Origin: an uncultured Clostridium sp.
GTDB taxonomy: Bacteria > Bacillota > Clostridia > TANB77 > CAG-508
DNA: 64,000 nt
Assembly (NCBI GenBank): GCA_946565805.1
Contig: CAMNWO010000012.1
Coordinates: 6,209-70,208, forward strand
Direction: 5' to 3'
This document shows positions 22,884 to 33,949 of this stretch, in pieces. Made by a program: the position numbers and the translations under genes. The notes beneath the pieces are model-generated. The model saw only the letters and a list, made by a program, of their open reading frames with translations, was not told where the DNA came from and did not search any database. How positions within the stretch are numbered: the first letter of the stretch is position 1; every line of letters begins with the position of its first letter.

Positions 22884-24077
22884 TTATTGTATCATTGCCT
22901 TTTTGCTTCCATCCACAAATCGAATATCTACTATATCTCCTGGTTCTAACTCTACTTTAGTTTTAATTACTTTCCCTTCTTTTTGTGTAATTGAATATCC
23001 TCTCGCTAATGTTTTTAATGGACTATAGGCATCTAATTTAGCAACTAATTTAGTATACTTTGTTTTCTCTTTTTCTTGCCTTACCTGCATTGAATTTTCT
23101 AAATGTTTTACTAAATTATCAATTCTAATATAATTTTCTTGTATTCTACGAGTTGGTTCTTTAAATACAAAACTTGACATGCTTTTTTCATATCTTAGTT
23201 TCATAATTTGAACTTTTTTGATTAAGGACATTCTTAGTCGATTTTGATAGGTTATGATTTTTTGTTTTACTTCATACCTATCCGGAACTGCTAATTCGGC
23301 TGCCGCAGATGGTGTTGGTGCTCTCAAATCAGCCACAAAGTCAGCTATGGTAAAATCGGTTTCATGCCCTACCGCTGATATAATTGGAATTTCCGAATGA
23401 TAAATACTTTGCGCTACAATTTCTTCATTAAATGGCCACAGGTCTTCTAAAGATCCTCCTCCTCTTGCTAAAATTAATACATCTGCTAGTTTTTTTCGGT
23501 TCATAATTTCAATTCCTTCAGCAATTTTTTCCGCTGCGCCTTCTCCTTGTACTGGTACAGGTAGCAAGCGAATAACTACATTGGGATTTCTTCTAGTAGA
23601 TACATTAATGATATCACGAATAACGGAACCAGTTTGCGAAGTTAATACTCCAATTACTTTTGGCATCATTGGGATTGGCATTTTATGTTCTTCATCAAAC
23701 AGTCCTTGTTCTTCTAGTCTGTTTTTCATTTCTTGATATTTAGCGTATAAATCTCCTATACCATCTTCTTCCATTGCTTTTACATAGATTTGATATACAC
23801 CATCTCTTTCAAAAACAGATACTCCACCAAAAAGAAATACTTTCATTCCATCTTTCGGTAAAAAATTCAATTTTTGAGCATAAGATTTGAACATAATACA
23901 TTTTATAAGAGAGTTTTCATCTTTTAGCGTAAAATACATGTGGCCTGTATAATGGTTTTTAAAGTTTGAGATTTCTCCTTTTACCAAAATATTGTTTAAA
24001 TATTCATCTTCTGCTATTTTATTTTTAATATATTGATTTAGAGTTGATACAGTTACTGCCATTTCAGCATATTTCAT
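22884..24077 (-). CDS. xseA: Exodeoxyribonuclease VII large subunit
   Basis: GEISN, GHMYFTLKD, ARGGGSLEDLWPFNEE, SAVGHETD, APTPSAAAE. Confidence 0.96.
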   Translation of the reverse strand: MKYAEMAVTVSTLNQYIKNKIAEDEYLNNILVKGEISNFKNHYTGHMYFTLKDENSLIKCIMFKSYAQKLNFLPKDGMKVFLFGGVSVFERDGVYQIYVKAMEEDGIGDLYAKYQEMKNRLEEQGLFDEEHKMPIPMMPKVIGVLTSQTGSVIRDIINVSTRRNPNVVIRLLPVPVQGEGAAEKIAEGIEIMNRKKLADVLILARGGGSLEDLWPFNEEIVAQSIYHSEIPIISAVGHETDFTIADFVADLRAPTPSAAAELAVPDRYEVKQKIITYQNRLRMSLIKKVQIMKLRYEKSMSSFVFKEPTRRIQENYIRIDNLVKHLENSMQVRQEKEKTKYTKLVAKLDAYSPLKTLARGYSITQKEGKVIKTKVELEPGDIVDIRFVDGSKKAMIQ

Positions 24078-24089
24078 AGTTTTCTCCCT

Positions 24090-24494
24090 CTATTTTTCTT
24101 TCACTATACTTGCTAAAATTCCATTTACGAAATTTTTAGAAGAATCTTCTCCATATTTTTTGGCTAATTCTACAGCTTCATTAATGGCTACTTTAAATGG
24201 TATTTCTGTATATTTTAATTCATAAATAGCTAATTTTAAGATCGCTAAATCTATTTTAGAAATTCTTTCTATTTTCCACTCTGCTTTTAAGTTTTCTTCT
24301 ATTTGCTTAACAATTACTTCTTTCTTTTCTTGAATTCCTAAGATAGTTTTGCTAATATATTCTTTTGCTTTTTCATCTGTAATCTCATTACTTTCTTCAT
24401 ATAATTCAATAGCTTCTTCTAGGTTTTCTTGTTTTTGTATTTCTAAACTATAGATTAGTTTGAAGGTTTGTTCTCTTATTGCGGTTCTATTCAT
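24090..24494 (-). CDS. nusB: Transcription antitermination factor NusB
   Basis: RTAIRE ... [14 protein letters not shown] ... FVNGIL. Confidence 0.95.
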   Translation of the reverse strand: MNRTAIREQTFKLIYSLEIQKQENLEEAIELYEESNEITDEKAKEYISKTILGIQEKKEVIVKQIEENLKAEWKIERISKIDLAILKLAIYELKYTEIPFKVAINEAVELAKKYGEDSSKNFVNGILASIVKEK

Positions 24495-24514
24495 ATTTTT
24501 TCCTTTCTTAGTCA

Positions 24515-24715
24515 TTACATTTTATCAATAAACGATTTTAGTTTTGTTTTGACATCTTCTTTATTTTGTTGTACATAATTTCCTATAAATGCTCCTAATA
24601 GTAGCACTACAATAGCTAAAATCAAATCATGTAATCTTGTTACTAAAACTAATATTGCTATTATAATTCCAATGATAGCTCCTTTGTAATTATTCCAAAA
24701 ATCTTTTAGATTCAT
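24515..24715 (-). CDS. DUF2273 small membrane protein
   Basis: Two hydrophobic helices; conserved position between amaP and nusB. Confidence 0.75.
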   Translation of the reverse strand: MNLKDFWNNYKGAIIGIIIAILVLVTRLHDLILAIVVLLLGAFIGNYVQQNKEDVKTKLKSFIDKM

Positions 24716-24739
24716 TTTTATCACTTTCCTTTTTGTTTA

Positions 24740-25294
24740 TTATTTTTCAATTTGTTGTGTTGAAGCAACTTTCTTAACCGTAATATTAACTTCTTTCACT
24801 TCTAAATCAGTTGCTGTTTTTACTTTTTCTTTAATTCTTGCTTGAAGATTTGCTGATAGATCCTTAATAATAGCCTCTTCATTAACAATCAAATTAACAA
24901 ACACATTAACATTATTTTCTTTATCTAGTACTACTCTTGTTGTAACGTCTTCTGCACTTTGGAAATTTAAAGCAACAGAATTTACTAAATTTTCTATTGT
25001 TTCCTTAGAAATCATAAGTTTTCCATTTTCATTTTCTAATAATACTCCTTGCCTTTCTTTAATTTGTTCTCTTGATGTACTATCAAAAAAGATGCATTTA
25101 ATTGATAATAAAATAAATACAACGCTTAGTCCTAATACTATTTTTCCTGATGTTTCTCCCACTACTATTTTAGTTACAATATCTCCTACTAGTTTTATAT
25201 CTAACCATCCAAATACTAATAAAGATAAAATAACGGCTAATACTAACATGATATTTGAATAAATAATTAGTGTGATTTTTTCTAAAATTTTCAT
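24740..25294 (-). CDS. amaP: Alkaline shock response membrane anchor AmaP
   Basis: Two TMs then G.L.IS.ETIENLV ... LQ..IKE.V...T.LEVKEVNI; synteny with asp23. Confidence 0.85.
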   Translation of the reverse strand: MKILEKITLIIYSNIMLVLAVILSLLVFGWLDIKLVGDIVTKIVVGETSGKIVLGLSVVFILLSIKCIFFDSTSREQIKERQGVLLENENGKLMISKETIENLVNSVALNFQSAEDVTTRVVLDKENNVNVFVNLIVNEEAIIKDLSANLQARIKEKVKTATDLEVKEVNITVKKVASTQQIEK

Positions 25295-25400
25295 TTCTAT
25301 TCCTCCTATTTCTTCTATTTTTTCAGTACTATAAGTATACCAATTTCTTTTCTTTTTTACAACAGTTTCAGGAAAAATTTTACTTAAAATTAAGAATTCA

Positions 25401-25429
25401 TTGACTTCATTTTTCTTTTATGTTATAAT
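25401..25429 (+). promoter_or_regulatory. Sigma-A promoter of the inserted hypothetical gene
   Basis: TTGACT-17 bp-TATAAT with extended -10 TG. Confidence 0.75.
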
Positions 25430-25474
25430 TTTTTATGTAACCTCATGGTTTTATATAATATAGGAGGATTGCTA

Positions 25475-26023
25475 ATGCAACGGATTTTAGAAAACTTAAT
25501 ATTAAAAGATGAAGATTATTTCTTCGATGGTGATTTAGTAGTTAACGGCAAGGTTGAGCTTATTAATGTCAATCTTCAGGTTTCCGGAAAATTGTTTTTT
25601 AAAGGTATTGCTGATGATGGTTTTTCTATCAAAGCTGCTTATATTACGAATGCTAGTATTACAGCTTATGCCTTTACATGTCGTATTAACAAACTCTTTG
25701 TAAAGGGAGATATTTTGGTTAAAACTGACATGGATGCTCGTCACATCTCTTGCGATGGTAATATTGAAGTGGATGGTTTTTGCAATGTCTACAATGTTAC
25801 CTGTAATAATTATTTAATTACTGGAGATAACTATTCTGACGATGTTACAGTCAAAGAAAGCCTTTATATTTTAGGGTCTAATGACTCTGGAGATTTAAAG
25901 GCTCACGAAATTTTCCTTGGTGGTTATTCTACGTTTTCTCCTTATAGTGAAATATCGATAGAAGCTAAGCATTTTGAAAGTGCTGGACAGATACGGAATT
26001 GCCGAAGAATAAAAATTGGATAA
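25475..26023 (+). CDS. Hypothetical beta-solenoid-like protein inserted antisense between asp23 and amaP
   Basis: GGAGG RBS before ATG 25475; repeated GD/GN-L/I-x-V pattern; own promoter and terminator. Confidence 0.7.
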   Translation: MQRILENLILKDEDYFFDGDLVVNGKVELINVNLQVSGKLFFKGIADDGFSIKAAYITNASITAYAFTCRINKLFVKGDILVKTDMDARHISCDGNIEVDGFCNVYNVTCNNYLITGDNYSDDVTVKESLYILGSNDSGDLKAHEIFLGGYSTFSPYSEISIEAKHFESAGQIRNCRRIKIG

Positions 26024-26068
26024 ATAATCAAAAAAGCGAGTGAATTTCACTCGCTTTTTTGATTATTT
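26024..26068. terminator. Bidirectional terminator
   Basis: ATAATCAAAAAAGCGAGTGAA-T-TTCACTCGCTTTTTTGATTAT perfect inverted repeat between convergent genes. Confidence 0.85.
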
Positions 26069-26076
26069 TAGAAAAT

Positions 26077-26526
26077 TTACTTTTCTTCGCTTTCTCCTTC
26101 TGTTGCAGAAGTTTCTTCTTGTTTACTTTCTTCTTTGGCAGTATCTGTATTAACACCTTGTACATGTACATTAACTTCTTCTACATTTAACCCTGTCATG
26201 TTTTCTACTGCTTTTTTTACTCTATTTTGAATTTCAAAAGCTACATCTGGAATTCTAGAACCATATTCTACAATAATGTTTACATCAATTTTAGCTTTGG
26301 TTCCATCTACTTCTACTTTTATTCCTTTTGCTAAATTTTTCTTTCCACTTAAAACTTCCGTAATTCCTCCTGCAAATCCGCCTGCCATCCCAGCAACTCC
26401 TGGAACTTCTGATACAGCAACACCTGCAATTACAGCTACTACATCATTCGAAATTTGAATTCCTTCGTTTTCTGTTTTTATTTCTTCTTCTAATTCTACT
26501 ACTTCACCTTGATTTTCCTCATTCAT
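26077..26526 (-). CDS. Asp23/Gls24 family envelope stress protein
   Basis: ISNDVVAVIAGVA ... KGIKVE ... VEYGSRIPDVA..IQ..VK..VENMTGL.V.EVNVHV. Confidence 0.92.
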   Translation of the reverse strand: MNEENQGEVVELEEEIKTENEGIQISNDVVAVIAGVAVSEVPGVAGMAGGFAGGITEVLSGKKNLAKGIKVEVDGTKAKIDVNIIVEYGSRIPDVAFEIQNRVKKAVENMTGLNVEEVNVHVQGVNTDTAKEESKQEETSATEGESEEK

Positions 26527-26608
26527 AAAAAAGCCTCCTTTTCCTATCTTTCTTGTATCAAGTATATCAATTTTCTTCTTTCTTTACAACTAGTTTTTTA
26601 AACTTTCC

Positions 26609-26641
26609 TCATGATTTTGGGGACGGAGGAAAAAATCATGA
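26609..26641. repeat. REP-like hairpin family C2 overlapping the fmt stop codon
   Basis: TCATGATTTTGGGGACGGAGGAAAAAATCATGA; copies at 50455-50483 and 54142-54174. Confidence 0.85.
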
Positions 26642-27595
26642 TTGAAATACTTCAAGTTCTTCTATTTTATTCCCTCTTAAAAAATCTTGAATTGGCATTT
26701 TTCTGGCATTCTCCCCTTGGATTTCTAACACTTTTAAAATGCCTTTCTTCGTTTTAATCCATAAACCATCTCTTGAGTCTGAAACAATAATGGTTCCATT
26801 TTTTAAGAAATCACTATTATCTACCATTATTTCATTTTGTGCTGCAACTGCAACTTTCCAGAATTTTATTTTCTTTCCCTTTAAGTAAGTATATGCTCCC
26901 ATGATTGGATTTAATCCTCTTACTAAATTCTTTATTTCTTGCGCAGTTTGATTTTCCCAATCGATTTTAGCCATTTCTTTAGAAAGCATAGGAGCAACTG
27001 AAAAATCGTCTCCTTGTTTCTCTCTTGGAGCTGTTCCTTTTTCTACTTGTTCTAAAGTTTCTACTAAAAGTTCTCCTCCTATTTTCGCTAATCTATCCCA
27101 TAATTCTCCAGTAGTTTCGTCTTCTCCTATTTCTACTTCGCTTTTTAAAATCATATCTCCTGTATCCATTCCAACATCCATATACATTGTTGTAATTCCT
27201 GTTGTTTTATCTCCATTTAAAACAGCCCATTGAATTGGCGCTGCTCCTCTATATTTTGGAAGTAGGGAACCATGTACATTAATACATCCATATTTTGGAA
27301 TTTCTAGTACACTTTTGGGAAGAATTTTTCCATAAGCCACTACACAGATTACATCTGGCTTTAGTTTCTCCATTTCTTCTCTAAATTCTTCATTCTTTCT
27401 TACTTTTTCTGGCTGATATATTTCTAGACCTTTTTCTAAGGCATATTCTTTTACTGCAGATGGTTGTAGTTTCATTCCTCTTCCTTTTGGTTTATCTACA
27501 TTTGTCACAACCCCTATAATGTTATGACCTGCTTCATAAATAGCTTTTAAGCTTTCTTTGGCAAAATCAGGTGTTCCCATAAATAGTATATTCAT
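26636..27595 (-). CDS. fmt: Methionyl-tRNA formyltransferase
   Basis: FMGTPDFA, VVAYGKIL, INVHGSLLPKYRGAAPIQ, MDTGD. Confidence 0.96.
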   Translation of the reverse strand: MNILFMGTPDFAKESLKAIYEAGHNIIGVVTNVDKPKGRGMKLQPSAVKEYALEKGLEIYQPEKVRKNEEFREEMEKLKPDVICVVAYGKILPKSVLEIPKYGCINVHGSLLPKYRGAAPIQWAVLNGDKTTGITTMYMDVGMDTGDMILKSEVEIGEDETTGELWDRLAKIGGELLVETLEQVEKGTAPREKQGDDFSVAPMLSKEMAKIDWENQTAQEIKNLVRGLNPIMGAYTYLKGKKIKFWKVAVAAQNEIMVDNSDFLKNGTIIVSDSRDGLWIKTKKGILKVLEIQGENARKMPIQDFLRGNKIEELEVFQS

Positions 27596-27608
27596 ATTTT
27601 CTCCTCTT

Positions 27609-27718
27609 GATGTTTTTTGGGACGGGGTCAAAAAACATCGCTTTAATTTTCTTTCTTCTCAAACTTTTCGGATTTTAGTTTTTAAACGATGTTTTTTGCC
27701 CCCGTCCCAAAAAACATC
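27609..27718. repeat. Inverted REP-like doublet, family C, between def and fmt
   Basis: 27609-27640 and 27687-27718 are near reverse complements; the right arm overlaps the def TGA. Confidence 0.85.
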
Positions 27719-28193
27719 ATTTCTCAGGTTCTACATATTCTAGTGTTCCTGGCAAAATTTTATCTACAAATACTTCGCCATTCAAGTGGTCCACTTCATG
27801 GCAAATAGCTTGTGCTAATAATTCTTTTGCCTTCACCTGCATTCTTTTTCCATCTCTGTCTGTGTATTCTGCTACTACCTCTGCTGGTCTTATTACTTTA
27901 GCAAACTGATTCGGAAAACTTAAACATCCTTCATCTACTTCTTGTTCTCCTTTTGTCTTGATAATAACTGGATTAATCATTACGATTGGTCCCTTGTCAT
28001 CATATAAATCTATAACAATTACTCTTTTCAAGACGCCTACTTGTACTGCTGCAAGTCCTACTCCATTATATTTATGCATCGTTTCTATCATATCATCAAT
28101 TAATATTTGTAATTTTTCATCTATTAGCTCTACTTCTCTTGATTTCTTTTTTAGAATTTCGTCTCCTTCTAATCTTAATTTTCTAATTGCCAT
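27717..28193 (-). CDS. def: Peptide deformylase
   Basis: GVGLAAVQVG, EGCLS, HEVDHL. Confidence 0.96.
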   Translation of the reverse strand: MAIRKLRLEGDEILKKKSREVELIDEKLQILIDDMIETMHKYNGVGLAAVQVGVLKRVIVIDLYDDKGPIVMINPVIIKTKGEQEVDEGCLSFPNQFAKVIRPAEVVAEYTDRDGKRMQVKAKELLAQAICHEVDHLNGEVFVDKILPGTLEYVEPEK

Positions 28194-28263
28194 TGTTCTA
28201 CTCCTTTTCTCGCCTTTTTATTCGTTTACTTTAAGCAAACATTTTCCTCTTTTTTATCTTCTA

Positions 28264-28313
28264 AGATGTGTCCCCGATTGCTCCAAAAGGAGCAAAAGGA
28301 AACGTCCCCAATT
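28264..28313. repeat. REP-like family A copy
   Basis: AGATGTGTCCCCGATTGCTCCAAAAGGAGCAAAAGGAAACGTCCCCAATT. Confidence 0.85.
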
Positions 28314-28319
28314 ATCCCT

Positions 28320-30589
28320 TTACATCATGCTGTTTGGATTGACATCAATAGTAATTCTAGTTGTTTTTAAATTTTTACTGTATATTTCTTTTAAATACTG
28401 ATTTAGTATTTGGTTTGCTCCTTCTGTCATATTGCCTTTTATAATGATTCGATAGCGTAGCCTGTTTTGGATTTTGTCGATTGGTGCTGGCATTGGTCGA
28501 AACACTTTGAATTGTTCTTCGTTTAAGCTAACTTTTAACTTTTCATACATCCATTGGCTTGCTTTTTTTATTTCTTCTTCTGCCATACTATTGAAGTTCA
28601 CCACTATTATATCGCAAAATGGTGGATATTTCAACTGTTGTCTTAAGGCAATTTCTGTTTCGTAAAATTTTTCATAGTTTTGTTCTTTGGCACATTGAAT
28701 GGTGAAGTTCTCTGGATTATAGCTTTGTATGATTACTTTTCCTGGTAGTTTTTCTCTTCCTGCTCGTCCGTGCTACTTGTGTTAAGATTTGAAAGGTTCT
28801 TTCATTGGCTCGATAGTCATCTATGTTTAATGAACTGTCTGCTGCAATAACACCTACTAGGGTTACATTTGGAAAATGATGACCCTTTACTACCATCTGT
28901 GTTCCAATCAAAATATCTAAGTTATCCTTTTTAAACTTATTTAAAATTTCTTCATGTGAGTTCTTTTTAGTTACTGTATCAATATCCATTCGAATGGTTT
29001 TGGCTCCGCGGAAATTGTTTTTGTATTTCCTGTTCTAACTTTTGGGTTCCTGTTCCAAAATATCGTATTTTATCGCTATGGCATTCTGGACAAGTTGTTA
29101 CTATATTTTCTTCATAACCACAATAATGACATTTTAGTTTTTTCTCATAACTATGATAAGTCATACTGATATTACAGTTCCTACATTTTACAGTATACCC
29201 ACAATTCCTACACATAATAAAGGTAGAATAGCCTCTTCGATTTAAAAACAAAATTGTCTGTGTTTTTTGTTTTAAATTTTCTTCAATCGCTGTATACAAG
29301 TCCATACTTAGCATTGAACGGTTTCCATTTACCAATTCTTGTTTTAAATCTACCACTTGTACTTTTGGTAAAGATGATTGATTAGCTCTTTGGGTTAATG
29401 ACAAAATTTGCATTTCTTTGTTTGGTTCTTCTTTTGCCTTAAAATAGCTCTTGATATCTGGTGTTGCGCTTCCCAATAACAGCGGACATTTGCTTTGTTT
29501 CGCAATTCTTTTGGCTACTTCTTTGGCATCATATTTCGGATTTGCTTCTGATTTATAAGAACTATCATGTTCTTCATCAATAATAATAATTCCTATTTTT
29601 TGGATAGGAGCAAAAATAGCTGACCTAGCTCCTATTACAATTTTTGCTTTTCCTTCTCGAATTCTTTCCCATTCATCATGTCTTTCCCCAATAGACAACT
29701 TGCTATGTAAAACTGCAATTTCTTCTTTTCCAAATCGTGCAATAAATCGGTCTAACATTTGAGGCGTTAACGATATTTCAGGTACTAATAAAATTGCTGT
29801 TTTGTCATGTTTTAATGCTTCTTCAATAAGTTGCAGATAGATTTCTGTTTTTCCAGAACCAGTTACTCCATATAATAAAAAGGATTGATAGTCTTCTTGT
29901 TTCATTTTTTGTTTTACAGTTTGATAAGCTTTTTCTTGTTCCTTTGTTAATACTAATTTCTCAGTTTTTTCTACCTTTTTAATTGTTTCCATATCTTTTT
30001 CATATAATGGATTTCTTTCTACTTTTTGTTCTATGATTTCTAAATAACCATTTTTAACTAACGTATTTACAATGGCTCTAGAAACATCCAAAAACATTTC
30101 TATTTCTGGTATGGTTACTCCTTCATTATCTTTTACAAAGTTAATAATTTTTTTCTGTTTTTCGGTTTTGACTTTTCCTGTTTCAATATCAAATTCAATT
30201 TCTTCTCTATCTTTTCCTAAATAGATACAATTGATGGTTTTTTCTTGTATTCTTTTTTCTTTATTTTTGGTTCTTGTTCCTGGTGTTAGCATTAGTTTTA
30301 TACAATCTGACACATTACAAAAATATCTTTTGGCCATCCATTTGGCTAATTCAATTTGTTCGTCTTTTAGTTGTTCTTCTAATTTTGCTATTTTTTTTAT
30401 TTGATTTGGATAACTTGTTTTTTCCTTTAACTTTACGACAAAGGCTTCTTCTAGTTTTTCTCCTTTTCCAAATGGCACTAAGACTTTGCTTCCAACCAAA
30501 ATAAGCCCCTCTAATTCTTCTGGGACATGATAATCAAAAGTTCTATTTAGTTTTTTTGCTGTTCGATTGATGATTACTTCTGCTATCAT
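28320..30589 (-). CDS. priA: Primosomal protein N', two +1 frameshifts at CGG (29008, 28770); 755 aa restored
   Basis: GVTGSGKT, DEEH, Cys-rich region; junctions restore QFPGAKTIRMD and helicase motif VI LTQVAGRAGR, continuing to YPPF. Confidence 0.93.
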
Positions 30590-30766
30590 TTTCTTCTCCT
30601 TCTTTTTTCGTTTCTTAGTATATCAAATTTTTTTGTTTTTCACAAGAGATTTAATTTATACTTAAGATGTTAAATCTTTAAATTTAAAAAGTACCAAGTT
30701 TTTATGCTTGATACTTACATATTTTTATTTCTGCACTTTTACGATTTTCATCAATAAATTCACATT

Positions 30767-32266
30767 TTAGTTTAAATAAAGTATAGGACGGAAAGCAGCC
30801 CCTGAACTTACTTTTCCAGAACTACGACCTGCCACATAATTTATAGCACTACCAGAACCACCAGCCCTTATAGTGTATGGTTGATTACCCGCAGAAGGAG
30901 TATAAGATGAAGATTCTGTTGTATGCTCAGCATAGTTTTCTGCCATATCAAATATATTACATCTTACATCTTTATTTCCTCCTATTATTGTCTTTCCTGT
31001 CTTTAGAAATTCCTTTCCATTTTTAGGTTGCCTTGAATAATCAGTATCTCCTGAAAACATTTGAATATATACAATTGCTGTGTCCCATGCATAACTATTC
31101 ATTAAATTACTCGTAACACTTGTTATATCCTTATTTCCTGGATACATTCCTTTGGTTAATGTAACAGCAGTTGGTTGTACTGCAACATATACCTCTCGTC
31201 CCTCTTTACAAACAATCGTTGTGTCTCCTACTGACGTATCTTGCGACATAGTTTTACCAATCTCATATCTTCCTATATAATATCCCTTATTAGTTGCTGC
31301 ACTCGTCTTGAACTTACTTATATCTGTTGTTGTTGACTCTTGATAATAATTTTCAACTAATTTTGTTCCTTGTTTTGTTCGAGTTCCATTTGTTGCGAAT
31401 GTATATCGGTCCAATTCTACTGTTTCACTTTTGGTTTTGTTTATATCTTTATAAACTGTTCCTACTGGTATCCATACAAATTGATTTCCTGTACTTCTAT
31501 AATTCTCATCAATAGAATCTGTAATGACTAATCCTCCATTTATTGTATTAATTGTATTAGATTCTCCTACTGCAAATCCTTTTGGTATTTTAGCCACATT
31601 TCCATTTTTATCAGTATATGTTTCTGTTTCCGTATAAATATCAGAGAATATTTCTGTTGATCCAATATTCGTAATTTTTATTTTACACGTCTCTGTTCCT
31701 CCGCCACTTCCTTCTGCAGTTACTGTATATATTCCATTACTTGTAACTGGAAAACTAGTAGTATTGGTATTCATTACAGTTGTTCCATCTGGTTTGGTTA
31801 TCTTGGTTATAGTTTCTCCTTCTTCTATAGTTGCTGTAATCGTTATTGTTACTTCTGTCCCTTCTTCTACTTGTTCTTCTGTACTTAAAGTATAATTTAT
31901 AACTGGTTTTGGCGCCTTTTTTGTCACCTTTCCATTACCATCAATTACAAGAGTATAGCCATCTAAATCTACTTCAATCGGAAATTCCCCATTCGTATCT
32001 CTTATTTCTCCTACATTAGGTATTTTTCTTAATTCTTCTTTTACCTTATCAGCAGTTAATTTTCCTTCATCATTAAAACTTCCTGTTACTGCAATTTTTA
32101 CTTGTTCTTCTGCATTTACTTTTTTTGTTTCTGTTTTAGCAGTATTGGCTTTTGTTACTAATCCATTTTCTCCTGTTAAGGTTGCTATGCTTATCCCTGC
32201 TAAGATTAGTAAAACAATAATCGTAATCACTAGAGCAATTAAAGTAATCCCTTTTTCTCTCTTCAT
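30767..32266 (-). CDS. Large type IV pilin-like surface protein
   Basis: Class III signal-like KG/ITLIALVITIIVLLILAGISI N-terminus; C-terminal domain with IPKGF, GNQFVWIPV, GYYIGRYE, FRPILY. Confidence 0.8.
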   Translation of the reverse strand: MKREKGITLIALVITIIVLLILAGISIATLTGENGLVTKANTAKTETKKVNAEEQVKIAVTGSFNDEGKLTADKVKEELRKIPNVGEIRDTNGEFPIEVDLDGYTLVIDGNGKVTKKAPKPVINYTLSTEEQVEEGTEVTITITATIEEGETITKITKPDGTTVMNTNTTSFPVTSNGIYTVTAEGSGGGTETCKIKITNIGSTEIFSDIYTETETYTDKNGNVAKIPKGFAVGESNTINTINGGLVITDSIDENYRSTGNQFVWIPVGTVYKDINKTKSETVELDRYTFATNGTRTKQGTKLVENYYQESTTTDISKFKTSAATNKGYYIGRYEIGKTMSQDTSVGDTTIVCKEGREVYVAVQPTAVTLTKGMYPGNKDITSVTSNLMNSYAWDTAIVYIQMFSGDTDYSRQPKNGKEFLKTGKTIIGGNKDVRCNIFDMAENYAEHTTESSSYTPSAGNQPYTIRAGGSGSAINYVAGRSSGKVSSGAAFRPILYLN

Positions 32267-32451
32267 TTTTCCTCCTCGTTCTTTATATAGTTTATCTTTT
32301 GTGTGATTTTTTATGCATTTACATATGTATAGCTATATAATACATAAACTTTTATATATTGTCAATGAGTTTTTATCATTTCCAAAAGTTCTATCTTAAA
32401 ATATTAAATCATTATAAAAAAAGATGAAATCCTAAAATTTCATCTTTTTAC

Positions 32452-33405
32452 TTAAAATAAAGCTTGTATCGCTTTTCTATAAATATCTTTTATTATTTCA
32501 TATCCATTATCTACATTCTTTGCAAAAATAGACCCACAAACTCCTGAATTCATCTCCATAACATATAACTCATCATCTGTAGTATGAATAATATCGATGG
32601 TTGTAAAATTCATATTCATGGCTTTTCCTGCTTCTTTTGCTAATTTTTCAATCTTATAATATAACTCGCCTTTCTCTAATATAGTAGGAATAGCACCTCC
32701 ACTTAGATTATGCTTCCAAGAAATCTCTACTTTCTCTCCTTCTTTTGGTATATGGAATCTATCTAATGTATTTAAACTTTTCTGTATGTCCAAATTGTCT
32801 GAAAAGTGTAATGTTCTTGTTAGTTCTTGTATGGTTGACTTTCCATCTCCTATTACAAAAGGCTTTGTTTTCCCGTAAATTAAAAGCACTTCTCCATTCA
32901 AATAAAAAGTTCGATATTCTGTTTTAATATCATAATAAGGGCAAATACTTACTGCTGTATTATTTTGATTAAATAACTTTTGAATAGCTATTTCTGTTTC
33001 TCTTAGGCTATTACAAAGTTCTATTCCAATTCCTTCACTTTGGTCATTTGGTTTTACTACCAATTTACCTGCGTTTGAAAATTCAGCTACTACAGTATTC
33101 CAAATTCCTTCTTGAGGAATAAATTCTCCTCTTATAGCAGGATTAAATATCATAGTATGTTCAATGACTGGTATATTTTGTGATTTTAGTACTTCATAGG
33201 TAGCATATTTATCGGCTACTATTTTACCAGTAGCTTGTGGATTATTATCAAAAAGATTTCTAGTAATATGTCTTACCTTTCCTTCTTTTGAAAGTTGTAA
33301 GATCCAACCATATGATAATGTTTCCACTTTAATATCCATTTCTAAACAAATTTCTTTTATCATGGTGTGGAACATGGTTCTACTCCTTTTCCATTCTTTG
33401 TTCAT
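32452..33405 (-). CDS. ATP-grasp fold ligase (RimK/cyanophycin-synthetase-like)
   Basis: DKYATYEVL, LVVKPN..SEGIGI, EYR, NLSGG, IDII, MEMNS. Confidence 0.8.
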   Translation of the reverse strand: MNKEWKRSRTMFHTMIKEICLEMDIKVETLSYGWILQLSKEGKVRHITRNLFDNNPQATGKIVADKYATYEVLKSQNIPVIEHTMIFNPAIRGEFIPQEGIWNTVVAEFSNAGKLVVKPNDQSEGIGIELCNSLRETEIAIQKLFNQNNTAVSICPYYDIKTEYRTFYLNGEVLLIYGKTKPFVIGDGKSTIQELTRTLHFSDNLDIQKSLNTLDRFHIPKEGEKVEISWKHNLSGGAIPTILEKGELYYKIEKLAKEAGKAMNMNFTTIDIIHTTDDELYVMEMNSGVCGSIFAKNVDNGYEIIKDIYRKAIQALF

Positions 33406-33949
33406 TTTCTATAATGGTTTCTATAATTTGTACCGTTTTTTCTAAATCATCATTTTTTAATACATAATCATATAAATTAATTCTAGATTCTTCATAATCA
33501 AATCGATTTAGTCTTAAAATCACTTCTGCTGGACTTGGTTGGTCAATTCTTGCTTCTAATCTTTTCTTTAATTCTTCTTTTGGAACTCTTAAAAAAACAG
33601 TTACTACTCTAGTATCTTCTCTTAATAATTCTTTTAAATGCTCGGTTCCATTTACATCAATATCTTTTACAATTACTTTTCCACTTTTTATTTTTTCATT
33701 CAATAGTTTTCTAGAAGTTCCATAATATTGATTGTGGTGAATGTCATATTCATAAAACTCTTCATTTTTTATCATTTCTTCAAATTCTTCACGACTTACA
33801 AAATTATAGGTTTGTCCTTCTATATCCCCTTCACGCATTGGTCTAGAAGTAAAAGATGGAAGTGACTCCACATTTTCCATCCTCTTAATTAGTTCTTTTT
33901 TGATTGTATCTTTTCCTGCTCCTGCTACACCAGATAATATTACTAACAT
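33380..33949 (-). CDS. gmk: Guanylate kinase
   Basis: SGVAGAGKDT, TSRPMREGDIEGQTYNFV, YYGT. Confidence 0.92.
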   Translation of the reverse strand: MLVILSGVAGAGKDTIKKELIKRMENVESLPSFTSRPMREGDIEGQTYNFVSREEFEEMIKNEEFYEYDIHHNQYYGTSRKLLNEKIKSGKVIVKDIDVNGTEHLKELLREDTRVVTVFLRVPKEELKKRLEARIDQPSPAEVILRLNRFDYEESRINLYDYVLKNDDLEKTVQIIETIIENEQRMEKE

